Origin: Oikopleura dioica
Taxonomy: Eukaryota; Animalia; Chordata
Direction: 5' to 3'
Length of the DNA: 64,000 nucleotides
Assembly: GCA_907165135.1 (NCBI GenBank)
Contig: OU015569.1
Coordinates: 3,348,001-3,412,000, forward strand
The position numbers and the translations under genes are program-made. The notes below the pieces were generated by a model. It saw only the letters and a list, made by a program, of their open reading frames with translations. It did no database searches and had not been told where the DNA came from. Of the stretch, positions 11,550 through 23,300 are shown piece by piece (position 1 is the first letter of the stretch; each line of letters begins with the position of its first letter).

Positions 11550-14387
11550 ATGAGTTTTGAAGAACCACGAATTCGGAGAATGGAGAAGATGGAGCTACGA
11601 GCGGTAAATGGAGTGACGGTCACAGGACCGACCAGGATTTCCAGCACCCACGGCACTTTTTGCTGGACTTCCGGTCCGTTCGTGACAATCGTCGAGGGAG
11701 AGAAAGGGCTTGACAATGCGGAGTATGTTTCAGTCAAGGTAAGAGCTATTTTTTTTATCTTTGCCACTTTTTAATATTTTCTAGCGCTCTATCTCCTGCC
11801 TGGCGCTCTCCGCGGACAAGAAGAGAGTCGTCACCGGCGAGGCGGGCAAAGACCCCTGCGTGCGAGGTATTATTATTATTATTTGATCTTCATAATCTTC
11901 ATTATCATACAGTGTGGTGCCGCGAGTCGAAGAAATACACGGCGAAATTTAGCGGCCACCGATTTGAGATCATCAACGTCGCCTGGCATCCAGAAGGAAA
12001 GCATGTCCTCTCGTGCGGCGACCAGCATGACCGGCAAATTTTCATCTGGTGCCTGCGGACTGGCGAGAAGATGGCGACGAGTAGACTGCAGCAGGAGCCC
12101 TCGTTTTCGTTGTTTTTCAGCGCCAAAACGTTCATCACCGTTGGCAAAGGTAACGCACAGTCGTTCGTTATTGATCTTAATCTTTCCGTTGTAGGTCTGA
12201 TTCGCTTCTGGACCTTTCCAGCGCAGCGAACCCGTGTGGCAGTTCAAACGCTCACGGGGCGCAACGCGCCGCTGAAACAACGAAGAGATCACACATTTAT
12301 CGATGCCTGCGCGACATCTACTAATGTCTTCGCTGTTGCGGAAGAAGGCATCGCTAAATTGAGTGGTACGCGCTCCCTGCAGTCGTGGTTTGACTACTCC
12401 AAGTGCCAGTGTATCAGCACGAATGGAGAGCACCTCTTCCTCGGAGTAAACACAGACTATGGAGGATGTGTTCTAGGTAAACTCGACTCTTTCAACTTCA
12501 GAAACTAAGTTTTTTCAGTTCTAACCACAAGCTTCGAGAGATTGTGCGAAATGGCTCTCGGCGATATCGACGTTCCGCCAAATCCAGTAGCGATAGCGCC
12601 CATCAAGGAGAATGAGGTGTTCGTCGTGTACAAAGATCGCTCGTGCACCCTCTGGAACAGCGATCCCGAAACGCCCAAGATTGTGGAAGAGTACGCAGGC
12701 ATCCGGGGCCCTGTGAATTCAGTGACTGCTTTTGAGCGGAATACTGTCATTTCAGGATCAACTGATGGTACTTGTCGCGTTTGGGAGTTGGGAGCTCGTG
12801 ATATGTTCCAGGTAAGAAGCGATTCTTTAGACAATTTTTTACATTAATTTTAGCTTGAGATTTACGCCACCATGGATGAAAAATCCATTCGTGTGGTGTC
12901 TTTGAACGAGGCGAAAGATACACTCGCCGTTGGTCTCTCGAATGGGAACCTCGAGCTGTACAGACGAATGCCATGCGAAGAGACGGATCAAATGATCTGG
13001 AGTCGACTTGAGAACATTGAGGCGCACAATGGAGAGGTGACATCGATCAGCTGGCGTGGCGACATGCTTGCGACAGGCGGCCGTGATCGCTTTGTTCACG
13101 TAATCTTCACGAACAGCAGAAGACCGTCGCTCACGGTGGACTATCATACTTCGTCTGTGAGTGCGGTCAACTGGATCGTCGATGAAGCGGACAACGCGAC
13201 ACTTGTCTCTGGTGGTGCGGACAAAGCCTTGTTCTTCCTTGCGCCAACAGAAGAGTCCCTTGAACGTGAGAAATGGATCAAAACTCCATCCAGCATTTGC
13301 GACATCAAGGGACGGAAGCGAGCGTACGTTGCCCAGGGAAAGCAGGTAGCATCGTACGACATCCGCGGCGAGCTGATCAAGAAGTACGAGAGCGAGAAAT
13401 GGACGAAAAACCTGGTCTCAATCTGCCTTGATGACAACGAAGAGTACCTCGCGACAAGCTGCTTGGTGAATGTTGTAGTCTTCGAAGTTGAGCGTGCGAC
13501 TGTTCTCCATGTGGTGCCAGTGCATGCAATTAGCATTGCACTTCTTGTCGCGAATTCGTCGCCGATCTTAATTGGTGGCGATTCCGAAGGAAACATCTCA
13601 ATGTGGAGAACGCCCGTGGCACAGATGATCCATCGATCTCAATCGCTACCGCTGCCATGTGTCGTGGAAGCGTCAGCACATGAGGAAATGTCAGCTTCAT
13701 CGCGCACGCCGAAGCGACAAAATGACTTCGAGGAGAAGAAAGTCCGCCGTCGATCAAAGGTAGTTTTTTCGTTATTTAGGAGTAAAATTTCCATGTACAT
13801 TTTAGTGGAGCTCGATGCCTACACCGTTCAAGATCAAAGCCGCACTGGACTGCAGTGCCGTGACGATCTACGATGAGGATGAAGAGGAAGGCGAGGAGCA
13901 AGATAACGAACTCCCCGAACTAACTCTTGAAGCTGATGAGCAAACAGTTATTGCCGCAAATAACTCCGTTTCTCCTGATGCTGACTCCAACGAGTCCCTC
14001 GAAGCTCATTTCGCCACTTGCACCAGCGAATTTCCCGAGTTCCCGGAAATTCCGAGTGAAGGTAAACCCCTTAGAAAAAAAATCATTTATTCAAATTTGT
14101 TTTAAGAGTATTCTCGTCCATCACTCTCAACAAACGCCATCAAGCGATTGACGAGTCAGCGCTCTGCTTGCGAGTTGATTCCTGAAGAAGATACGGTCAA
14201 AAACGACTCTTCCGGAATCAGCTCTGATTCCTCAAACTCGCCGAGGAAGGAAAACTGCACTCGCAAGAATATTAGTTCGCTCATCTCTGAAATTCAGGGC
14301 ATGAATGCGAACGAAGTTAAAGAGTCCGAAAAAGAGCTCTTGGAGCTGATCAGAGAGGCGAGTACTAAATTGTACTTGTCAAAATGA
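11550..14387 (+). CDS. WDR62/MAPKBP1: WD40-repeat protein, WDR62/MAPKBP1 family
   Basis: RSISCLALSADKKRVVTGEAGKDPCVRVW and GHRFEIINVAWHPEGKHVLSCGDQHDRQIFIW match the family N-terminus (TGESGHMPAVRVW; SVGYQHDMIVNVW). Further WD repeats (ATGGRDRFVHV, SGGADKAL) and an acidic low-complexity tail. Confidence 0.8.
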
Positions 14388-14763
14388 TCAGTTCTATTCA
14401 CTATTCACACTGTACAGTTCACTTTCATTCTCACTGCCCTCACTTGAATACAGCTTCCTAATCTTCAAAGTTATAAGTTTTTGTTCTGACTTTTCTGCAG
14501 GAAAGCATCAGCAATTATAATAGAATCATCACAGAAGATAGGCAAAAATACTAATACCGTTAGATCAGATTATCTGACCTATTAGGTTTTTAGTGAGATT
14601 CTTGATGACTTTAAATTAAAGTTAAATTAAACTGACAATGTGAGAAAAAAAGAAAGGAGAATGATGAAAAATGCTTAGAAAGTTTCGTCATCTCTAGAAC
14701 AGGCCTTATTATTTTGAATTTGAAGTTCGTGCTCTTCAGTTCATTTTTTGCCGAAGTCGCGAC

Positions 14764-15478
14764 ATGTTCAAAAATACGTTTCAGGTATTTAACCGGGTTT
14801 GATTTTTAGTTCAAGGAAATCTTCAGAGCGGCTTTTTGTCCATTTTGTACAGTATCGGTTCAAAGCCGCTCCAAATCTGGGACAAGAAAGTGCGAAACGG
14901 ACACATCAAGCGCATCACTGACAACGACATCCAGTCGCTTGTGCTCGAGATCGAAGGAACCAATGTCTCCACCACCTATATCACATGCCCTGCTGATCCC
15001 AAAAAGACGCTGGGAATTAAGCTACCCTTCCTTGTCATGATTATCAAAAATCTCAAGAAATACTTCACTTTCGAAGTTCAGGTACGCCTAGAGTAAACAA
15101 CGCGATTCTAGAGACTTTTGAGGTTTTGGATGATAAGAACGTGCGAAGACGATTCCGAGCTAGCAACTACCAGTCGACCACTCGAGTTAAGCCCTTCATC
15201 TGCACAATGCCGATGCGACTTGACGACGGCTGGAACCAGATCCAGTTCAACCTTTCCGACTTCACCCGAAGAGCTTATGGCACCAACTACATCGAAACTC
15301 TCCGAGTCCAGGTAATCCCCTCAGTCGCCTCTTTCAACTTACTTTCTTCGTTTTTTAGATTCACGCTAATTGCCGAATCCGACGAGTCTACTTCTCCGAC
15401 CGACTTTACTCCGAGGACGAGCTGCCCGCCGAATTCAAGCTCTACCTACCCGTACAGAACAAAGCGCAAAAGGCATAA
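14764..15478 (+). CDS. CFAP20: Cilia- and flagella-associated protein 20 (BUG22)
   Basis: join(14764-14784,14827-15081,15123-15311,15359-15478). [36 protein letters not shown]...[33 protein letters not shown], the highly conserved CFAP20 sequence; all introns GT-AG. Confidence 0.97.
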
Positions 15479-15655
15479 AATCGCACTTTTTATTAACCTG
15501 TTTATATAAGGTACTTTTTATAATAAATTTATACAAAAAATACGCCATCATCAGACTTAGATTAGACTTTTTCGAAAGGTCCAATCTAAATCCAAGTCTC
15601 ATTGCAACTTGCTTCCTTAGTTTCCAAGCATATGAATTGTTACTAAGTGAGAAAC

Positions 15656-16008
15656 ATGGCACGATGTATAGAGATCGATCAAGATATGGGAAATGATTTA
15701 TTCCGTTTCGAAACTTCTAGTTCGGTTTCTGCTGTGAAAATTCAGGATCAACATCTGCCGCCACTCGGTGTCTAGAATTCTATAAAGCTCTTCTTATTTT
15801 CCGATATTTAAATCAAACTGAAAAGAAAACATTTAACATGATTTTCAAAAAACTCTTCTGCATCAAGGATGTCGAGCATCAGATTGAAGAATCGATCATC
15901 TATGAAATTCTAGCCATTGCTTCAGAAAGTCGCCTTCTTACAAGGCATGAAAAAGTACTTGCTGAATACAACAGATTGAAATATTCCTCAGCAAAACCAC
16001 AGCAATAA
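15656..16008 (+). CDS. Small hypothetical two-exon protein
   Basis: MARCIEIDQDMGNDLF, then open exon GSTSAATRCLEFYKALLIFRYL...AKPQQ*, followed by AATAAA. Confidence 0.4.
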
Positions 16009-16211
16009 TAAAAGATCTGTTTTCATTGAATAAAAGTTTAAATAGGAAAAAAACTTCAGTTTTTGATCGGTAAACTCAAATAGAACTTCAAGGGGCGCGA
16101 GTAAGATAAATCCGATAGTCCGGATCAATACAAATACCTACATCCTACCTGCATCAAGAAAAGTGCGCCCAAGAAGCAAAAAAAAAAACAAGCGCATTCG
16201 ATTATTTTCTT

Positions 16212-17732
16212 CGATGAGCAGCAACGAAGAGAGGCAGTTGCATAGAGACATTGTTGAGTTTGTCGATGCTGCTCAAAAGGATATGCTTACAAAGTTGCAA
16301 TATGTCGACAAGATATTTGGAAATGTTAATTATTTAACTATGGTCGAGCAGGATAGCTTCTCAATTTATAAAATTCTTAATTATATGAAAAGGATATATG
16401 ATAATTTTCTCATTTCACGATTTTTTTCGAAAATACTGAAGCTTACCAGGACATTCTCGACGTTGCAGTCTCAAAAGCGCGGATGAAAACAGTCTCGAAT
16501 TTCTACGATCTAAGACTGCTTCGTGAAAGGATGAATCTGCGTGCCCACATCTCTGAAGCACTCGAGCTGAAGATAGCGCTCGACGATGTGATCGCCAAAT
16601 TTCAAAAGTGCCGTGGCCTTTGCTGTTCTGTCGTGAAAACGATTCAATATCAGCTTCTTCCGACGATGTCACTGGTTCACGTCAGTCGATCTACTATCGA
16701 CGAGATGAAACAGAAGCTCATTGCGATGAAGAGCTTTCTCACTGATGACGAGAATGAATACCAGTAAACAGTTGATAAATCATTTTTCGTTTCTAAAAAT
16801 TTTCTTCCTTGATAGCAACGAAAAAGAGATCTTGGCCCCGTTTTATGCTGAAAAGAGCGATTTCGTCAGCATAAACCGTTACCCCTTGCTCCTAATCTTT
16901 CCAACCTTTGTGTCGCTTGCTGGAAAAACAATCGCAGTAATACGCCGCTCTGGTAATTATTGATGCTCTCTGCTGTCATTGATGAATTCGTAACTTGAAA
17001 TTCTTGTAGTGGTCCAGCTAAGGCTTTCTGGAATCCTCGAAGCGCGTATTTTACTTCAGGTAGCTAACATTAATCCCCTTATTTATAAAAAATCGGTAGA
17101 GCGCGCAAGAAAAGACAGAGAAAAATTGGAGAAGCATGAGAAATCTTGCGAGGAATCTGGCGATGAAAGAAGAAATAAATAGCTCGAAGGTTATCTTTGA
17201 AAATGTGAAGGTCAGAAGAAGTTTTCACTATTTTTCGAATTTAATGATTCAGACCTCTCGGATTCCATTGCCGAGAAAAGGGTACAACGAATTGCACCAA
17301 TTGGCAATATCTCGGCACCGTCCCGAATTTAATCGAACGGATTCCTCAAAAACAGTTACTAAAGAAACCCTCGATGTAACTGACGAATACGATCTCACAG
17401 CTGAGTTCAACGAGAGACTTTCTATGGCCGATTTCCAATTCGAAAGTACCGTAGGAGAGGCTTTACTGACCAGATTTCTACGAGAAAATTACTCGATTCC
17501 TAAATGCTGACAGAGGAAAGCCCCAACAGACAAAATGAAAAAGGCTTGCAAAGAGTACGATCGAGATATCACACGAAGATCTCAAGAAATCAAAGTGAAA
17601 TTGCTTGAAATTGAAAAAGACGCTATGCGGCGAAAATTAGCGATTGTAAATTCTTATGCAAAAGAGCTCGAAGAGAATCTTGATCTTTTAGTGAAAAAAT
17701 CTGTTGAAATGGACAATATGTCTAAAATGTGA
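16212..17732 (+). CDS. Hypothetical multi-exon helical/coiled-coil protein
   Basis: Series of open exons (MSSNEERQLHRD...; RERMNLRAHISEALELK...; KKACKEYDRDITRRSQEIKVKLLEIEK...) ending before AATAAA; no family recognised. Confidence 0.5.
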
Positions 17733-18089
17733 TTAAATAAAAGTACTCATCTTTTTTTAGTTCTGTTAGACCCTCGTATATTCGTTTATTATCAATTCTC
17801 ACTCGATAAGGTATTTTCTCGAAGTTAGTTTATCTGCTGCGATTGTTGTTCGTGCGTGAGATGCGTTTTTGTTTATTTGCTATTCCGTCCTAGTGGGTTT
17901 TCAATGGACGATTTGGATCCGCTTACGTTGTAAACGGACTCTAAGACTTCCATAATCTGATCGATGACGATCTCAAGAGGCGAAAAAGCAACACGGCCAT
18001 GAACACTTATTCTTGATTCTTTTCTTTATTTCGTCAATAGGGTCGTTAATCAGGGAAAATTCAGACTTTCAATTTGCGTAAATGAAGAT

Positions 18090-18978
18090 TCATAATTCCG
18101 TACTTGCTTCTGATGCTGAGTCGAGGGACCAGTCGTCTGCGCTTCTTTTTAAAACAATGTTCAGCATTGGAAATCTTGGCCATCGTTGATCAACTAGTCT
18201 CGGTCGCCAGATGCAGAAATCTTGGTGCTCTGACACTTCTTTCCAGCTTTTGAAACTGATCTTGCAGTTCGGGCAGTCTGGCTGGTGCGTCTTCCGGATG
18301 TGTTTTACCATTGTGGAACGAGATGTTGTTTCATAATTCGTGTCGGACTGTTGACGACAGAGGATGCACTGAAGCCATTCATCTTCTGTGCATTTGAGCA
18401 GCATTGCTCCGCTGACATCTAACTTCGGGCAGATATTGATCCTCTCGTTGTACGGCTTGCAACGGCGATTTGTATGCTTGATTTTGTACCGTTTCTTGAT
18501 TTTCTTGGTTATCTTTTCAAAAGTCGACATTTTTGTTGTTTCCGGATAACATTGCCCGCAGCGTGTATAAATACCGCGAGTTCGGTCGAAAGAGGGCGCC
18601 ACAAGAGTGACTTCTCGATATTTTTCATAACCCGCAGCGATTTATCCAGAGTAATTATCCTCGAAAGATATCCAATGTTTATCCCCAGTGGCAAAGACTT
18701 TTTTTAGCTCTTTAGTTGTCTACAGCTTCTGTATCAATGCAGAGTAAAGCCACAGATAGCGAGATCAATGAGGTTGATTGTATACAAAATTGTTGATGTT
18801 TCGGAGATTGGCGATAATCGCGAGCAAAGCAAAGTGGCTCAGCAAGTAGCCCAAGTGGTCGGAATATGGAGTATCCTGTTGCCGGTCGGCCGCGGTTGAC
18901 CACATTACCGTCCGGTACCACAAGGCAACGGCCTCCCTTCTGTATTAAGAGCCTTCTGCCTTTATTATTTAAACGCAA
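18090..18978 (-). CDS. Zinc-finger protein (BED-like C2H2 plus C2HC); 5' exons uncertain
   Basis: WLQCILCRQQSDTNYETTSRSTMVKHIRKTH followed by CPNCKISFKSWKEVSEHQDFC in ORF 18090-18602. Confidence 0.55.
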
Positions 18979-20344
18979 TCAATCAGAACTCGCGAAAAGC
19001 GGTAAAAGTAAACAGAACTTCCAATTACAAGCTCGGAGAATATAAACGTACGATTATAATTTTTGTAAATATTTTAAACGCGCGCCTTGCGAAATTGCTT
19101 CTTCGGAGTAGATTATCTCCCGCCAGAGCTCCTCCCTTAGCCAAGCAAAGAATTTATTTACTAGTGGAAAATGTCAATTTGGCGAGATAGAAATAGTTAG
19201 TGTGTACTATTGTTAGTAAGCTTCTTTGGCGAGGTGCTAATCAGGCTGAGGCTCGAGTGTCGGATATTCCGGCTCTATCTTATCCGACAACCTTATTTGG
19301 GAATGGACAGCGCGTACTTGAGAATACTTCCGTTGCGGGGTGCCGTAGCGCTCTATTCTAGTTCCAAATTTTAAAGAGTTGCTCATCGCCCTTCAAAAAT
19401 ATAAATGAAGCTGATTATTTTTTTTGATTTTATTTTCACATATGATAATTGAGTGTTTGTGGTGATTGAGTGAAGTAACAATAACTGTATGTATGTGTTT
19501 AGTTATACTGTCATTTTGTTTTGTTGTGAAAATATCATTTTTTGTATGGTGGCAGAAGATTGAAACGAGCGTGATTTGGCGTCGAGATCAGAAATTTACA
19601 TAAAATTGAAATTGCATAGATTGAAAAGTTGAAAGCAGGAAAAATAATAACGATTAAAATGGATAACGGTATTGTTTTGTGAAGCTGGCCACGTGATTTG
19701 GGCACAACCGTGGTTCCGGGCAGAGAGCAGAGTTTCGATTTTTCGAAACGAGTTAAGTTCGGGCACAGAGTTAAAAATGTTCGAGCTCACACAATTGCTT
19801 AGTTAAGCGCCTCTCCAGTGTTCGGCATTTAGTTACAAATATATAAAAGTTTCAGTCAATTGGTGACAGATCAAATGGTACATCGGGCAAGAACGGCGCG
19901 GCACACGGTTTTGTACTTAGTTAAGTTAGGGTCGACAAGTTTTGGCGGTGCCACGCCGAGCTGCGACTTCAACTCAAAAAGCTAAAATCGCAAAAGGCCC
20001 ATTTTTGAGAGAGTAGTTACTGATAAGTGAGCTGGTTACTGGAGGGCTTGGACGTTTTTTTGTGTTTTAGGAACATAGTGCACCGTATTTGTAAACTTGG
20101 TTGGTTGAGGCAGAACTTGGTTCGAAGCAGACAGACTCACTTGCTGCAAAGTCGGGACTGGTAGTCGTGGTACTCTCACTGCTGCCTAAAGATGATCATA
20201 ATTTTTGCACGCGAGAAGCAAAATGGATAAGAATCATGAGATGCCACTGATTTGCGACTTGTGAATGATGAAAATTCTACTCACTTATAATGGGGAACAT
20301 TTGGATGAATAGTGGTGGTGGTTTTGTTTGTGTTGAGGTGATGT

Positions 20345-23300
20345 TCACAACAAACCTGGCTGTAACGCCGAGCTCACTGTCGATTCCTGCGAAGTGGGCG
20401 TCGTCGCCGCGGTGGGGAGCGAGGCGAGGGGGGATGCGTACGCAGAGGCGCCGTACTGCGGGTAGCCGGGATAACTCGACAGTCCACCTCTGGACGGAGA
20501 AGCACCGCCGTATGCTGCTGCAGAAGCGGCGGCAGCTCCATAAGGATATTGGTAAGGATTCACCGTTCCATAAGGCGTCGGGTAGCCACCAGTAGATGTG
20601 GGGAAGCCAGGTGGTCGAGAAGTTCCGAAGAGTCCAAGTGGGTAGCTGCCGGGGCACATTCCTTGCGTTGTGAGTTCCAAATGCTTGTCTTGCTGAAGGC
20701 GCTTCATCTTGTATCGCTTGTTCTGGAACCAGATCTTCACTTGCTGCGAAGTCAGGTTGAGCATTTGCGCGAGCTGATCACGCTCGGGTGCGGAGAGGTA
20801 TCGTTGTTGTTTGAATCGTCGCTCCAGCTCGAACACTTGCGCCTAGAAGTGCTTAATAAGCGACCGGCTTCTTTTGAGAGTTAATTAGTACCTGACTGAA
20901 GAGTACGCGCGGCTTGCGACGGTTTCGCGGCGTTTGCGATTCGGAGTCATCCCCAGAGTCGCGACCGGACTGGTTGCCTTCGGTGTCTTTGTCGTCTGAA
21001 AAGCAAGATTAGCGAAGGAATGCATGTTTGAAAGAAAGTCGGAAAGGGCATGTTAAAATGGGGAAAACAAATTTCCGAACGCGAGCACTTTACCCGTGCA
21101 TGTTAGTATCCGCAATTGCGCGAGGCGATTGAAACAAATCGCGCCACTCAGTAAACCCTAATCAACACCAGTGCTTAATTTCTAAACATGTAAAAATACT
21201 TGAAACTGTACATCTATTTCTCTTTCTCCCTGGAATTTATGAATTTGGCAGCGGCGTGAAAATGCGCTCTAATCAACGCTGGGTCAGATTCTAGGGCTAT
21301 TGTACCTGAAGTGGTCGACGGGGAGGGCTCCTTTTTCGGCTCATAGTTGTAATTTTCGGTCAAGTGTGCGAAATATGCGCTCGGGTTTACTGTGTACTGG
21401 TGGTCTAATAGGCTCATCTCTAGGTAGGTAAGGTCAGCTCACGTCAAGTGTGTTGAGAGGGAATCCCAAGTGGATCTAATGAGGCCCTAGATTGTCAGTC
21501 TGGCTCTTAGGCGAGATGCACCGAACAGCGCCTCGCGCGGCCTTACAGTATGCGCGATCCGCGGAGCGTACCGCGGCGCGCCATCACCCGACAAGCACTT
21601 AAATGCATTGCCCTAATGCAACTCCGTTAACGATACGGGAGAGTGAGTCTCAGACGATCTGACGCCCGACGATCCCGGAGGACGATAATGAAGCTAAACA
21701 ATGATTCTCGTGTTCATTCTCTAGACAGATAACACCACAATTTGTAAACAAACTCCGAACTCCCACTCATGAAAATTAAAAGCTTATCATTACTTTCTCA
21801 TTTGATAAATTGTTGTATTCGCTTGATAGATGTTGTTTGCAGAATAATAGGCCTTTCTCGATTTTCTCCTATCCTTGAGATTTGTTCTACTTACGCAAGA
21901 GAAGTAAGATGGGAGCGTAAATAAGTGGTAGTGATTCAAAATTATGAAAAATTCACTTCTTGAGGTTTATGGAACGTGCTTCACAAATTACGCAGCAGGT
22001 GATAATTAGTTCCTCAGTGAGGGTCCTTCATTCAATCGAGAGAGCTCACTTTACCCGAGCTCAGACTTTTATCTAGGGTCCTTAACATTCGTGCTCAATA
22101 CCCTTGAGAAGAGCTCAACACGTCGGATTTCCGCTGCGTACTCTTACGTGAGCCCAAATTCTACTATTAATTATAGGCAAGTCATTGAGCCGGATAAGTA
22201 CTCTATTCTGAATCCACACACAGTCCTAGATAAGGCTCGCAGGAGTCCTTGTTTCAGCTTATCTCCGTGATTGGGTTCAATTTGCCTTTCTACATTCAGA
22301 AGCTCTTTCCCGTGTCTTCCAGAATGCGTGTGTGCCCAGACTGTCGTTTCCCATGCGCGACTCACAATAATCGCATTTGGGCACAGTTTCTATTCAATCA
22401 AATTCACATTCGGGGGCACGAAAAATAGGCCCGTCGAACAAAAGCTCCACTGATAGCCCTTTTCAACACCCCTGCCGCATTACAATTTCGAATCCTTATC
22501 AGTAAACGCTAAGCACCCGCTGCGAGCAGCGTATGTGCCCAACACGGTCAAAATAGACTTAGCGCAGGCTGACAGGGGATACAGAAGCTTCAGGTCAAGA
22601 AATTATTGTTCCCTTCCAAAAGCTCTTATCTAATCATCTAGCTGTAATCCGCTGACGAATTCAGATAATTTGGGCGAGCAGGTCGAGCGCAAGTTTTAGC
22701 TCTGGGAGGCGAAAGTGTGCGATAAGGGGACTTATGGGGATTACGCTGGTCAAGTAAAACCGTGCGGCTCAACCGAGTTTTATCGAGCAAGACGATCGGC
22801 TCCACTGTGTTTAGACGAAGGCGACAGTTTACAGTTTGTTGCTCCTCGCCACGAGCGCAGTCCTGCTGATAAGAGATTACAGTCGCGATTTTGGGACTAA
22901 CGAGCTCATGTTTCTCCTCGCTATCTACTCAGAAGGCCGTGTGAAAAAGTCAACACTTCAGGAGAAAACGCCTCACAGGTTTTATTTTCGTCGTTTCACT
23001 GAGTAAGGCTAATATTTACATTCTAGTGTTTATCTGCCAGGAACGGAGTGCAAGTGCCTGCGCGCTTTCATCTTTCAGATTCGATGTTCCGGCATCTTAG
23101 TTACTAAAAATGTCTGCGGGTAAGGAGCTACCCCGCGGCCAGCAACCTTGGCAAATCGGAAGAAGGGAATGGGGAATGGTTTTACCGAGTGAGTCGGATT
23201 CAAGTGGCGGTTACTGATGCGGCCCTTGTGGCACTTGAGTGTGTCTGTTTAGGCGCTTTCCCATCAAACGAGCAATGTCGTTTTTGATTTCGCTACTCGC

